Of a stretch of 64,000 nt of DNA, positions 1 through 12,876 are shown piece after piece. The stretch comes from Lophium mytilinum (taxonomy: Eukaryota): contig MU004189.1 in NCBI GenBank assembly GCA_010093605.1, positions 999,834 to 1,063,833 on the forward strand, read 5' to 3'. A model generated the notes under the pieces. That model was not told where the DNA came from, did no database searches, and worked only from the letters and a program-made list of their open reading frames with translations. Made by a program: the position numbers and the translations under genes. Each line of letters starts with the position of its first letter. The first letter of the stretch is position 1.

Positions 1-3000
1 CTCCCGTGGCCATATGTACTCAGCATCCTGGCCAGTCTTGTCCACGGTCTTCGGGTTTTTGAACGCTCCATCCCACCGACCAAGAATTTCCTTGACCGCT
101 TTGCCCTTCTTAGTTGACCCTGGCTGAAGCTTGACTTTGTACTTGTAGCTCGCAAGCGCAGACCAAGGAGCACAAACTGGTATTGCTTCAAGGAGCTCGT
201 CGCCAGGGAGCGGACGTCCGATGAATGCGTCTAGGCCAGCGAGTTCGAGTTTCGTAGCTTCTTCATCAGCGACACCGTCATCTGCGCCAGTTCCAGCACT
301 TTCGCTTTCGTGAGCCGCCCGACGAGCCTCTTCCGTGGCTCGGCCGAGAGCTTGTACGCGCAGATGCTGTTCCCGTCGCCGCTGCTTCGCCGCCACTAGA
401 TCCTCTTCTTTCTTCTTTTTGGCCTCGACCTCAGCGGCTGCCGCCTCTTGGCCTGCCTTAGATCCTAGGAGGCGCATAGCTAATTCGCGATCTTCTTCGT
501 CTTGTTCTGCGTATTTAGCAGCCTTTTTCTTGGCTTTCGTTCGCTTTCCTCGAGGTAGAGGTTTCGCAGGAGTGTTCGATTGGCTGGAGGATTTGGAAGT
601 AGTATCATTGGCTGTTGTGTGTGGATCGACCGCCCCGTCCATGTCAGACCGCTCATCGTCGTCGTCCGTGGCGTTGCCACGCATCGAAGGAGGACCGGAG
701 GGAGTGGGAGTGGGGTCGAGGGACTGTCCTTTACGAAGTAACCGTCTTTCACGCGCAGAAAGGTGGCGACGGCCGGTCTTATCTGTCTGGGCTGTAGACG
801 CGACGGATTGAACATCGTCTTCGACCTCGTCGGTGCCATCTACAACCTTCGCAGGAAGTGGCTCAGGGCTGGGAATCGGCTCCTTGGTTTCAGGTACTTC
901 TGCCTCTGGCTGGTCATCGTCTTCAGAATCCGAGTCCTGCACACTCGGCGGTGCTGCTGAATTACCTCTTCCTTGCAAGGGGTTGCTCGTATTCGCTCCC
1001 TCAGAGTCTTCGTCGCTGTCCTCTGATGCGGACTCCAACTTGGCATCAGGGAAATCTTCATCGCTATCGCTATCCGACTGGAAACCTGCAGGCTTCTGCT
1101 GCTCTTGTTCCACTTGATACTTCGCTGCACCTTCCGCTGCACTTCTTTCTGATGCTCCTTCATCTAATAGTCGATGTTTGACATGCTTTGCTTTACTTTC
1201 GTCGCTAATTTGGAACATAACCGCGAAGCCCAGGATTAGCTGTGCAGGGGGCAAGAAATTCTTCTTCCCGCCTATGATGAACCCCCCAGCGGCCAAATAC
1301 TCTCCAGCAGGCGTTGTTTTCGAGACTTGGTTTGCGTTTACCCACCATGCGGACATGACGGCCTTCGAATCCCATGCATCCGAAGTAGCAACTGACAGAT
1401 TGCCGGCCTGGGATAGTGTGGACGGAGGTATTGGCGCGTCCGGAGTTGATGAATTGTTTTTGATGATAACGGAAGATGCGCCATGTAGTTCCGCGTGGAC
1501 GTATACGTCGCCTTTCTTCAAGTATCTCTTGTAAATAATCTCGGCTTGCTGTGCATCCTTGCCGCCGATGACCAAGTAGCCATCAGATGAGATGAAATAC
1601 ATGAATTTCTCAAACCAATGCTGTTTGCGAACAGGCTGAAGAATAGCCTTTTCCTGTTTGAGACCCTTCTTCAGATCGATATTGACCTTCTTCTCAATGC
1701 TCTTCAATGCCATGGTCGATGCCTGTATCGTCTTTCCCTCTTTTACTACGGCGCTCTTCTTTTCATCAAAGTATCTTTTAGCGTTGACCCAAGGCGACTG
1801 TCCAAGATCAATATCAATAGTCAGCCTCTTATCCACAGGCCTCGGAGGTGGTTTCTTCTTTTTCCGTTGATCGTCCTCGCTTTCTGAGTCACCGCTGACA
1901 GAACTTGTTTCGTACCCCTCCTCATCCTCCTCATCGCTCTCCGAGTTTGGTTCGTCGAGTAAAAGCGTCACCGTGTTCTCGTAAAGCTTGAGAGGCAGTT
2001 TTATCATCTGACCGACGGCGTTCCCTTGTCTTTGCTCGCGTCCTATTAGATGCGCGATCTCAACCCAATCCATACCTTGGCTGATTAGCCCATTTACAGC
2101 TGCTGTGGCTTCCTGAACTCGATCCACATTCGCTTGAATTGCTTCCGCCTTTCGGACATTCAATTCTTGGACTTGCTGAAGACCTCCTATGCGCTTAGCA
2201 TGCTCCTGCCTTGCCTTTTCCAACTTCTTCTTTGCATTTCGTTCGTGCTCGTACAGCTTGGACTCTAGCTTTTGGCCTTCGATAGACGAGAAATACTCAT
2301 CCACAGTCTTATTATAACCCTCGAATTCAAGAAAAGTGTAGTCGGACTCCTCGAATTGTTTTGGCCTGAATGGGTGGAAGTCATCATACAGTAGCTCAGA
2401 AGCCTTTTCGGAGCTCGCCCCCTCGCTTGGATCCTCTTTCGACGCGGCGGCTGCTGGGTTCTGTTTGGCTAGAATGAAGCCACGGGTCAGGTCTCCACTC
2501 GTAATCTCATCCGCCACCTTCTTAGCGACGTCGAATGAGGCGAGTAGTTTGTCCAGCAATGTATCATCTTCTAGAACTTGTTCCAACTTCAAAGTGGTAT
2601 CAAATCTAACCGTATGCAAAGCGTGATCAACAAGTAGTGGCGGGTACTCTGTAATCGAAACCGCCAAAGCCTTCCTTATTAGGTCTTTGCCCTTCTTCTT
2701 TGCATTCTTTCCTGTGGCACCAGTATCTGGTTGCTGCTTGTCTAGAGCCTTCTGTAACGCGTCCTTCAGCCTGTCCTTAGTCAAAGGTGGTGCCCCGCCA
2801 TAGTTCTGCCGTAATGACAAGTTGTACTCCGAGCCAACTCTCATCTGCTCGTGTTCTGCGCCTTCATCAACGCTCCGCAGAAGCGCAAGGATCTTTAGAT
2901 TCTCATCCGTGAGAACAATGTTGCCGCCCGCATAGAATTCGAGGTACACTCTGTATAGCCCGTCCGAGAATTGAAACTCTATTATTCGGTCCGTACCCAC

Positions 3001-3377
3001 TTGGGCGATGGATGTGACTCTCCGGGTTTTAAGGAACTTCCGAAGGCGGGCGACGAACGGGGAGGGCGCAGCGGCGGTGGATCGCGCATAGCTCGTGAGG
3101 TGGCAGCGGAAGCCAGAGTCGACGACCAGCTGCTCTCGTTGATCGGGTTTGTGGAATTTGAAGAGGAAAATGCGCTAGACATAGGATTAGAGCCAGTAAT
3201 GTTGATGGAGGATCAGAGCGTACTGATGATAGATCGTAGATATTCGTGACTCTTAGAGGACAGAGGTTCTTTGAAAGCTCGTGTGCTATGACCTGCGGCG
3301 AACCAGGATTAGTTTCGATCGTTCCGGGGGAGCTAGGGACCTACCTTGACATCCAAAGAAGAGAATCGTTGCTTCAT
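1..3377 (-). CDS. RQC2: Ribosome quality control subunit Rqc2/NEMF (NFACT domains); 3' end lies beyond the left window edge
   Basis: Spliced N-terminus MKQRFSSLDVK|VIAHELSKNLCPLRVTNIYDLS|RIFLFKF...DSGFRCHLT...VGTDRIIEFQF...LEFYAGGNIVLTD, with two short GT-AG introns (3344-3293 and ~3221-3175). Internal WFEKFMYFISSDGYLVIGGKDAQQ and C-terminal AIPVCAPWSALASYKYKVKLQPG are typical of the NEMF/Tae2 family. Confidence 0.95.
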
Positions 3378-4031
3378 GACTTCGTTATGGGAGAATGGTG
3401 TTGTTGAAGGGTCTGTATGACACTGGCAATGACGGTGCCCTTTGATGCCAAGGTGGGGCAACTCGTAGGGCTGAGAGAGAACTCATCTTGCCAGCTTGCT
3501 GTGCATCTTCTCCATTCACTGGAAAACGACCATCATCATTAGACCAAGGTTGCCGCGTCACCCTGGCTTTATTACTTCAAACTGGCCCATCTGCGAGCCT
3601 CTTTATCACGAAACGCCTTTCTTGCTGTGCGGTCGACTGACCCCTCTCACGCGTCAAAGCCCCTTCGCGAGGAGCTGCGTCCACCAAGGCCCTGGATTCG
3701 GGGTCGAAGTAACATCATTGTGCTCAAATTACAGAGACAATTTGGGCCGAGAGTCGTTCTGCTGCTTCGAGATCCAAAACCAAGTGAGCTCTGGGCCAAC
3801 ACCGCATAGTTCATTGTTACAAACCCCCAAGCATTGTACAGATCTTCTAGTATCATGCGCAACCCTTTTCAGAAAAGGTTTCAGAGGGGAAGCCAAACAT
3901 GAAACACAACACACAAATCACTAAGAATGATGGAGAATGAGAATGTAACCAAATTGTATTCAAATCCGGATAAGAATGGACGTCAAAGAGCGCCTAAGTC
4001 AGAAATAAAGAAAACAGCAAGAACAGTCGAC

Positions 4032-5528
4032 TTATGTGCCAGCCATCTCTAAGGCCGGGGTATCAAGTGTATCAAGAAACTCGAAAAGCCGATGCGTCTC
4101 TGGGTCGAATGTTCGACTGAAATAGCCGTCCGGATCCGCATCCCAGCAGGCGGTGATGAACTGGCCGTCCCACCAGAAAATCAGCTCCGTGGATCCATCT
4201 AGCTTTATCACGCGCCGCGAAATATGCATGTTCTGCTGAAGGAAGACGTATCGAGTGCCGTCCGACAGGATTTTGAAGGCGTACCTAGGACATCCACTAT
4301 CCTTCCTCCAGGGATGCTGCGAACTTGAGTCATCCAGCCAGCCTGAGATCACCCCGACCTTTTTGCCGTGTTCCAGGACTTCGATCCTGGACTTCTTGTC
4401 AGGATAATGGCCAGGGATCATATCGTCCGCCAGTATGGGAGCTTGCAGCTGGGATTTTAGGTCCAGGTCTCCGTTCCGCCTCAGCTCTCGAAAATTGTCC
4501 CAGGTAGACTCGAGAAACCACTGCTTGATCCAGGGCATAGGGATGTAAATCGTTCGAGCGATATTCTGACTTAGAACATCAGCATGTGCGCGATTCTCTC
4601 GAGCTACTAGGACTGAAGTCTTGGCCGCATTGCTGTTCCACTCGCAGAATATGTCAGGCGATGCGGAAAACAAATAACTCTCCCAGGATCTTCCCACTTC
4701 TGGCACAGTATCCGACTTCAAAACCTTCGGCTCCGGACTCGCCTTCCCGCGCGCAGTTTTGACAAAAGCATGAGCTGTCTCATGAACAAGGGTACAAGCA
4801 ATTTTAAACTGCTTCTTTAGCTTCTCTCCTTCCGGCAGTTCTGCAAATTCCGTCGCATTCCGAGAGAACACCTCGCGGTATCGGAAGTGCAATGCCACTA
4901 ACGGAGTTGTGTAGTTGTTCTTGCGATTCCTGATCGTGAATGGCTTTGTTATCCTCGAGAGATTCTCGGAAAAGGTTGCCATTGTGAATTTAGCGGCTGC
5001 TGCATTATCGTACGTGACTCCCCAAGGTCCCATTTCCTTGCTATCCGCACATGTAGTGCCAAAGGTAAAGTGCATTTTCTCAGTCATCTCTCTAAAGACG
5101 GCCAGGACTTTATCCTTGGCATCTGGCGATGCTTCGGTAGTGTAGTATTTGAGATACTCATCATTGGGCCCGACACTCAGAGCAAGCAAGCTGATCCAAA
5201 ACCCTAGGAGTTCTTCTTGTGTTATCAGGTGGGTGGCGAGGCGAAGGACTATGGTCATGTTAGAGTAAGTTCGGTCCATTGCCTCGACAAGCTCATTCCC
5301 AGTCAGGAATTTTAGACTCACTTCATCTTCAAACAAGGAGGTTTCATCGATCCCGAAGCTCCAATTCTCGCGGCGAAATAGTGGATGGATGGAACCGCTC
5401 AACAGGTCGGTTTCGGGGATGCGTTCGGTCTCAACCCATCCAAGACGATGCGAGGCTTTTTCGACTTCTTTCATGCTCTCGCAGCGTAAGCTAGGTGGAG
5501 CTTGGTTCCGCTGGTATTGGTTTTGCAT
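4032..5528 (-). CDS. Hypothetical protein with HExxH zinc-metallopeptidase-like motif
   Basis: Intronless ORF of ~500 aa (first ATG 5528, MQNQYQ). Contains TLVHETAHAF followed by EPKV...EVGRSWESYLF, a possible third Zn ligand. Confidence 0.7.
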   Translation of the reverse strand: MQNQYQRNQAPPSLRCESMKEVEKASHRLGWVETERIPETDLLSGSIHPLFRRENWSFGIDETSLFEDEVSLKFLTGNELVEAMDRTYSNMTIVLRLATHLITQEELLGFWISLLALSVGPNDEYLKYYTTEASPDAKDKVLAVFREMTEKMHFTFGTTCADSKEMGPWGVTYDNAAAAKFTMATFSENLSRITKPFTIRNRKNNYTTPLVALHFRYREVFSRNATEFAELPEGEKLKKQFKIACTLVHETAHAFVKTARGKASPEPKVLKSDTVPEVGRSWESYLFSASPDIFCEWNSNAAKTSVLVARENRAHADVLSQNIARTIYIPMPWIKQWFLESTWDNFRELRRNGDLDLKSQLQAPILADDMIPGHYPDKKSRIEVLEHGKKVGVISGWLDDSSSQHPWRKDSGCPRYAFKILSDGTRYVFLQQNMHISRRVIKLDGSTELIFWWDGQFITACWDADPDGYFSRTFDPETHRLFEFLDTLDTPALEMAGT

Positions 5529-6580
5529 CGTGATCTTCGAGACGCTTGTGTACTTCGGAACGTGGTACTGGATGGTATACGTGACTGCTCGTAGCTTGAT
5601 GTCCACAAGGGGACTTGGTATGGTAAGTAAGTTCTCCTTTGTTCAGTGTACGATGCGTACATAGCGTATGCAGTCTATATACTCTTGGAATTTGCGACTT
5701 GTTTACATCGTTCGAGACATTGTGAGCGTTAACCTTAGCATGTCTTTGTCAGGGCGAGCGGTCTTCACAATGGTCGTCATATCCTTGCAAGCAGCGACAC
5801 GCCATGATGAGGCTCGAGAGATCTACACCACCAACCAAAGAAGCCTCACGGAGTCATCTGTTCGTCGCTGCGTTGAACGTTTCAAAACCTTATCAAAGTT
5901 CGCGACACCAGAAGAAGTGCGACTTAACGGAGATCCAAATGCCCCATATCAATCCAGACTAACGCTGAGAAAGTGCCTTTGCAGATAGTCAAATACCGGA
6001 GTGTGGTTCAAAGGCTTCAAAGGCTTCGAAGGCTTCTAGCAATGTTTTTGATGTGGTGGTAGAGGCTGCTTGATGTCACGTGGGATTCCGAATATCCGGC
6101 GCTACGTCCTCAGAGTTTCCGCTAACCCCTGGATTGGTGTTTATGTGGCTTGTGTGGCTCACGCTGACAGCAATGACAAGGCTAGACCATACCGTATCAG
6201 TACCTCGAATCCTCCAACAACGCCGCCTAGGCCGCCTCGAAGCCAGGGGCGCCAACCAGCTCGCGCCAAAAGCAGCCATTCTCCGCACATGCCGTCGCTT
6301 CAAGGCGCCTCGATTTTCAGCTAGAAGGGCTTGGCAATAGTAATTTCTCAACACCATGCCGATTCAGATTCGCTATGTTGGAGCTCCGACGCGAGCCACG
6401 CCATCTGCGTGGGTCCGCCGAGTCGCCCTAATCGTAAAATGTCACCTCCGCGCACCCTTATTTTGCTTTCAACAGACGAACCTTGACGAAGATCAGGCGT
6501 CTGGCCTTTGACAGCTCAGACATATCACCCGAGCAGTCTGCTCGTTCAGTCTTTTCCGTTTGCGCTCTTCTTCTTTCACA

Positions 6581-9129
6581 ATGTGGGAATCTTTCGTTAT
6601 CCTCGTTCTCGCTTCTCTTGTTTTTGCTGCACCAACCGTCAACACGCCCAAAGACTACTCGCCAGGAGTCTGCTTAGAAAATGCCGCCATTAAAGCGCCA
6701 TGGAATTGTAACGGCGTCGATACGTATATTGGCACCGAGATCTTCAAGACTGGCCATCTGAATGTAGATTTGTGCGCTGCGGCATGCACTGCCAAATCAG
6801 CCTACAATCTTCGTCATCCACCAGCGAAGGGGAAGCCAAAGACATGTCAATTCTTCAACACGTACTTGTTGTACAAGAATGGCGTCAATGTTGGACAGGT
6901 GAGGCGGATCTCGACCTTCAATGGTAGAGCGCTGACACGGCATAGCACTGCGCCATGTATAGCGAAACCTGGTCGAAGTCTTATGCGAAGAACACCGGGT
7001 ACTCCCAAGGAAGGGACAAATACACTATTGGCTATTCATACAGCTTCAGTAACGCGAAAGACAAGGGTACCCCCAAGTGTGTTTCGCCTATCAGCTCTGC
7101 CAAAAGCTCCACGAAGGCTTCGAGTAGCGTAAAGTCGTCTACCAAATGCTTGAGTACGCTCAAAGTATCGACGAGTACCCGGAAATCGTCTACGAGCTCT
7201 CTAAAAAGTTCATCGCGATCATCTTTCCTGCACACGTCGAAGCCGTGCACTACTTCATTGAGGACTAGTACTCGGAGCAGTTCTCATGCAAGCTCAGTGG
7301 CGATGTCTTCACTGATCTCTGCCTCAAGCTCTGCATACGGCAGCCTCGTGTCGAGCTCATCGCTCTCGTCTAGTGTTCAATCGCCCTCATCGAGCAGTAC
7401 GCCCGGCATATCATCTGCAGTGTCTTCTTCTGCGGCATATTCTCAATCAACGTCATCTACCGGCTCTGAAACATCGCCATTTAGCCCTGGGCCGGCCCCC
7501 ACTACAAGCGTCTCCTCTGATACCCCAACACCCACACCTGGGCCATCGACAGAAGCTACATTCACTTCGAGCGCAACACCGGACTCTACATCTTCCTCGT
7601 CTCTTACAGACTCATCAACCAGCAGCCCAGATTCAAGCTCGACGACTTCAGCCACAGATCTCACATCGACGCTCTCGAGCTTTACCGATTCTTCGGCCCA
7701 GACCTCCACGACTGGCACAGAGTCGTCCTCGCCAACCAGCACGCCTGAAATCAGCACAACCAGCTCAAGCGTCGATACTTCATCGGCATCGACTGATTCT
7801 TCGCTGACTAGCACTCCCGTTATCAGCAGCAGCAGTTCAAGCATTGATACAGCATCTCCGTCCACCACCGAGTCCTCGCCTACTAGTACCCCTGAAGTCA
7901 GCACAACAAGTTCAAGCTTGGAAAGCTCAATCTCAGCTTCCAGCACACTGGAAAATACCACCACAAGCCTGAGCGCAGATGTCTCATCCACGTCAACCAC
8001 TACCTCAGACTCCGAATCGATTCAGTCTACAACCACTTTCACTGATGCTTTGACTACTAGCACAGCCGAACCGAGCGCAGCTTCTTCGACCGTGGATATA
8101 ACCACTGTCTCCTCTACGTCATTGCCCACTCCAACACCAACCTGGATCTTGAACGGTGGCTTCGAATCTACAGATAACGGTGGGTATCCTTGGTTCGTAC
8201 CCGATAACAGCACCACTGGCTGCACCTGGGATATTGTCGAATCAGCCACCGATGCCGTCAACGGGTCACACTACGCTAGAGTCACATGTACCGCGGCAGG
8301 ACAAGGCATCTACATCCTGCAGCCATTCAACGCTATCGACGTCGGAGCTACCTACGTGCTCTCCGCCTGGATGCGCAAGCTCGCGGTGACCGCAGACAAC
8401 GGAGGTGTTGGCTGCACGGTGACCATCGTCGGCGGCCCTGGCCTCATCTCTTCCGCAAATCTTGCTTCGGGGGCAGCGTGGGTAAAGCAAACCAATACCT
8501 GGAAGGCAACAACATCGGTCGGTACGGGCATTGCGCTCTATTGTTTCCGAGCTGCCAATGGTGGTGGGCCAGATGGCACCCCGGTTTACACGTACATCGA
8601 CTCGATCGATATGTACCGAGTGCCCGACCGCCCCGACATCGTCACCAACGGCGACCTCGAGGCCTCCCCAACAAACCCTGCCCCATGGTATGTCCTCTCG
8701 AACTCGACGGGCGGGACCATAGCGGTGGCGCAAACCGACGACACCAACGCCGCCTACAGCGGCTCCAACTACCTTGCTGTCTCCCTGCCCCAGAGCAACA
8801 CTATGATCTACGTCGGTCTTCCGATACAAATAACTGCCCCGATCCGGTACCAAGCCTCCTTCTACGTACGTTCGCCAAGCTACGCCGTTGTAAGCCCGAT
8901 CTGCCGCCTCTATGTCTCCAACGACAACTATTCACGAAGCCAATACATCTCTACAAATTCGATCACTGCGACTTTAACCTGGGCAGGAAAAACCAACATT
9001 AGGTTTCAGGCTGATACCTGGATGACGCAGATGGTGTTTACGTGCTCGAGGGGATCAGCCAATCCGGATGCTGTGGGACAGTATTTCATTGACGACTTTG
9101 TGATGAGCGAGTATGGTCCGTCGTCATAG
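6581..9129 (+). CDS. Secreted Ser/Thr-rich (mucin-like) protein with a Cys-rich N-terminal domain and two C-terminal carbohydrate-binding-like (CBM4/9-type) domains
   Basis: Signal peptide MWESFVILVLASLVFAAP. Intron 6899-6945 (GTGAGG..CTGAC..TAG) joins in frame to the 724-aa ORF. Long S/T stalk, then two domains starting ILNGGFE and IVTNGDLE, each followed by PW. Confidence 0.85.
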
Positions 9130-9401
9130 ATGATGGAGAGCGAGGTGAAATGCATTTTGGGCGCCCGTTTTTCTTGTCTATTGAACGTATAGCGGATGCA
9201 TAGACTTTTAATTGAACACTGAGACGAAACACTCGATAACATCACTGGAAGCTCATGAGGTTGCTTTGACTATGAGCTATAGTTTGACAGAACGGTATAG
9301 TAACTCATCATCTATCCGTATCCTATGTCAAAGTCCGCATTCCGACCCAGGCTCCCAAGGCCAATTCAAATGCAACATGCATCATAATCCACGCCTACGT
9401 T

Positions 9402-10913
9402 CTACCCGCCAATCATCGTCTTCCGCCAACCCACCCCAATGAGCGGTTCGCTTTCCCTCGAAATTCCCTGAGAGTACGCATCCGGACTTAGTGCTTGTGC
9501 GATCTGCTTGTGGCCACGTAAGTGAATGCCGTATATCCAACCTTTTGATTCTGTCTTCTTCGCAGCATCGTCCGTAGGATCATCTCGTAGGAGGTTCCCA
9601 TCGCAATACTCATAAAGGTCTGCTAGAGATAGCGATGTGAGAGCCAGCAACCCGCGAATGACCTTGAAAACTTCCATCCACTGGCGAAGGCGTCGGGTAG
9701 GATTCTGGGTCATCGAGATGGTGACGGTGGCAATATCCAACGTAGTGAGTGACGGAGCAAGCCGCATGAGCGTCGTCTTGAGTAAATCCACATCGATCTC
9801 CCACAAGTTGAAGAGCTTCAGTGTTTTCAGTGGTGCATTGAAGCCTACGGGGAGCATCCTCAAGGCCGGGGTGTTTGGACCTATAGACCTGGCGTCCATG
9901 TGGCGAAGAGACACTGACGTTGGCACTGTATCACGGACCAGCTGCTCAACCCAAACCTCGGTCCCGCGCTCTTGCACCTCCCACCCACTATCGAACTTCA
10001 GCGATCGCACCATAGGGAGGCAATACCACACATCTCCATCTTCCAGGTCGAACGGCATCATTCGCGGCTCCGGTAGTCTAGGAATGGCAAGGTCCACCTT
10101 CAGTTCGCGACCCGCCTCCCGCAGCGCTTTGAACATGACGTCGAAGGCGCGGCCCATCGTTGTATCTATGAGCAGCCTCGACCGCATTGGAATGTGCGGA
10201 CGCTGCACACTTGGGACCTGAGCAGGAGCAAAGCTAGGCTCATCACCCGCCCCAAGCTCGCGAATCAATTTTTCTACGCCCCAGCTCTGCGTAAGATTCG
10301 CATCTTCAAATGGACGGAGTGCTTTAATTGGGCAGACCAGAGCTACTTCGCCCATGCTCACGCTCTCGAGGTTGGGTAGAGACTCAAAGACTTGAGCCAG
10401 GATCTGCACGTCATCGCCGTTGCGCTCCATACGTTCTTGATCGGCGACAAAGGTGGAGTATTTCTCGAAGTACTCCTTTCTCCAAACTTCTGTGGCGGAC
10501 CGCGAGGCGGGTTCGAAGGCGTGGAGATAGTTGGATTGGAGGCGTTCTGAGCCGATGGAGATGTGGCGGACGAACTGGCCGAGTTGCGCGTGCTTCGAGA
10601 TATCCAGTAGCGCGTTGAGGCTCATAGGAGAGAGCATGAACTTCTTCGTCTTGAAATAGCGGCGCCCAAATGCCTTTTCGGTCCGCTCCCTCAGGTGCTT
10701 CGACGTTAGACGCAGGTTGAAGAAGTCAAGACTCTCCAGATGCTCGTTCGCCACAATATGCAGAATATCTCCAGGTAGTCCCGTGAGATTGAAGGGCTTA
10801 GGCCCGAGAGCCAATCGTATTTTCTTCGTCTTCTGTTGGTCCGCATCATCGTCAAGCGACTGGCGCTTTCTGGGTGTAACGGGATTGAGTGCGTCGGGGT
10901 CGATCCTAGCCAT
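9402..10913 (-). CDS. F-box domain protein
   Basis: Intronless ORF from MARIDPD with LTGLPGDILHIVANEHLESLDFFNLRLTSKHLR (F-box-like), followed by Leu-rich segments. Confidence 0.8.
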   Translation of the reverse strand: MARIDPDALNPVTPRKRQSLDDDADQQKTKKIRLALGPKPFNLTGLPGDILHIVANEHLESLDFFNLRLTSKHLRERTEKAFGRRYFKTKKFMLSPMSLNALLDISKHAQLGQFVRHISIGSERLQSNYLHAFEPASRSATEVWRKEYFEKYSTFVADQERMERNGDDVQILAQVFESLPNLESVSMGEVALVCPIKALRPFEDANLTQSWGVEKLIRELGAGDEPSFAPAQVPSVQRPHIPMRSRLLIDTTMGRAFDVMFKALREAGRELKVDLAIPRLPEPRMMPFDLEDGDVWYCLPMVRSLKFDSGWEVQERGTEVWVEQLVRDTVPTSVSLRHMDARSIGPNTPALRMLPVGFNAPLKTLKLFNLWEIDVDLLKTTLMRLAPSLTTLDIATVTISMTQNPTRRLRQWMEVFKVIRGLLALTSLSLADLYEYCDGNLLRDDPTDDAAKKTESKGWIYGIHLRGHKQIAQALSPDAYSQGISRESEPLIGVGWRKTMIGG

Positions 10914-11766
10914 GATCGCGGTTTTGCTGATGAGCGAGTGGTGGTGGTGGTAGCTGTGCCGTACTCGACAATGGTGGAGAAGGTTGTAAAGAGAAAGAGA
11001 GCGCACTATAATCGACGAATATATGGGCAAGTGAAAATCCAAAGAGCGGCGGTGAATAATTTTTTTATCCGGTGGCTGGGCTCAGCATTGTTCCCAGCCT
11101 CCTCCTTTTGTCCCCGTATATATAGCCAACGCTCATCGTATGTACAACACAACAATTGTCTCGATCCATCGGGCTTCCTCTCCTCCATCTCCGCAAGATG
11201 CGAGGGAGAACGTGGAATATGGAGGGGAGGATGGGGCGGAGTGCGGAGCAGCAACGGGAGGAGTGTTGGCTTATCACGTGACGTGAATGGATTTATCCCT
11301 AACCGCTTCATAGTTGTAGTCGGCGACATTTACCTACTAGTAAGTCAGTATGAAGGACTAAAAAAGTTGAATTCGATACTCATACCTATGAGTTCAGCTC
11401 GAGACTTTCTATGACCTGCAGTAAAAGATCACAAGAATGGACACCGGGTTTTGTCACTACTTAACTCGAGTTTTGCTCACTTACCACGACTCTTAGGGGT
11501 AATCTGGCCACAAAGTAGATATCTCCTTAAGAAGGACACTGTCCTTGTCCTTTTGAAATAATATGGGATAACCTAAGGAGTGCCGAACGAGTGTGCACAG
11601 ACTTATGACCTATCACTGTATATCAGCCATTGTATTTTCATATTGTCTCGAGATAAAAACGCTAGCCTAACCATTGTTAGTATATACAACACACATCTTC
11701 GAGGCTTGGATACCTGTTAGTGAACTCTAATTAGCATTACTACTTATCCATCCCCCGTTACATCCC

Positions 11767-12876
11767 TCAACCGGGCACTTCATGCCGATGCAAACCATCT
11801 TCCTTGAAATACCTCCCAGGGTACCTATTCCTCTCCCCATCCGCCCCCTCCGTCCCTTCCCCTTGTAACGCCCGCTCATCATGATCCGGCAACACGCCCA
11901 ATTCAAACCGCGGCGAACTCTCCAGCTCGAGCGGACCACTGGGTAGGTGCGCCCGGATCTCATCGCCATCGCCCTCCCCCTCCCGCATCGCAAAGAACTG
12001 CGCGTCTTTCACCACAGCCCCGCCGCCATCCCCAGCCCCATCTTGCCCCATCTCGAATCCGTGGGACCCAAACTCCGGAGACCGTTTCGCGCCCATCTTC
12101 CTCCGTCTATGACGCAGGAAGAAAAGCACGCTGAGAACGAGGATGAGCGCGCCACCGACGCCAACACCGACGCCTACGCCTATGGAGACGCTCTTCGATA
12201 CACCGCCACTGCCGGAAGAAGACCCCTGGACCAGAGTACTACTAGGCGGAGCTGTCGTGCTAGCTGAGATCGCGGTGTAGGTATCGTAGTAACGATGTTC
12301 GCTAAGCCGAGGGTAAAAATGTTGGTTGAGTTCGAGCAGCAGTCTGTGTGGCGGCTGTGGGCACAGCAGTAGCGGTTCGGGCCACCGGAACAGCTTTGCA
12401 CGCCTTGGCCAGAGTCGATGCTATCTTTCGCTAGGAACAATTAGCTTTTGATTGGCTCGAGGGTTGATAGTAGTGAAAGAAAGGCGGAAGAGTTGGGCAG
12501 CATACGGCCTAGACATATGTCGGGACAGGTCGGAGAATCCCATGTTGGATCGGTGCAGCCGCTTCGGTAGTATTTCCAGTCGTAGTCTTTTCTGACTGTG
12601 GGGCCGGGGAGGCAGAGGCCGTTGCCGAGACCTGGTGGTGGGAGTTAGGATTTGGTTGTCCAGCTAGGTGATGGGAGACTTACAGACGAAGCCGGGACCA
12701 CAGCACTGGGAGACGGCGGAGGTAGGATCGCACGCATTGCCTCTATTTTGAAGGCCGTCGGGATAGTAGCATGTTAGGTTTGATGCTGCGGTGTGTATTG
12801 AGAAGCGTGATAGCGCGACGAAGAAGAGCCACGCGCTTGATGTACGGCGAGTGGATAACAAAGCAGCAATCAACAT
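11767..12876 (-). CDS. Single-pass membrane protein with a Cys-rich ectodomain (Mid2/Wsc-like architecture); apparent frameshift near 12280
   Basis: Exons TCYYPDG..CDPTSAVSQCCGPGFVC|LGNGLC..YRSGCTDPTWDSPTCPDICLG|PKDS..RYCCAH, with canonical introns 12683-12632 and ~12506-12433. The S/T linker, TM helix IGVGVGVGVGGALILVLSVLFFL and basic stop-transfer RHRRRK are in a different frame. Confidence 0.75.

Noticed and set aside
335..3249. Numerous short ORF-track entries overlapping RQC2
   Set aside because: They are antisense or off-frame shadows of the real gene. The same applies to most short ORFs overlapping other called genes.
6008..6037. ttcaaaggc x3 short tandem repeat
   Set aside because: Too short to interpret; ordinary slippage.
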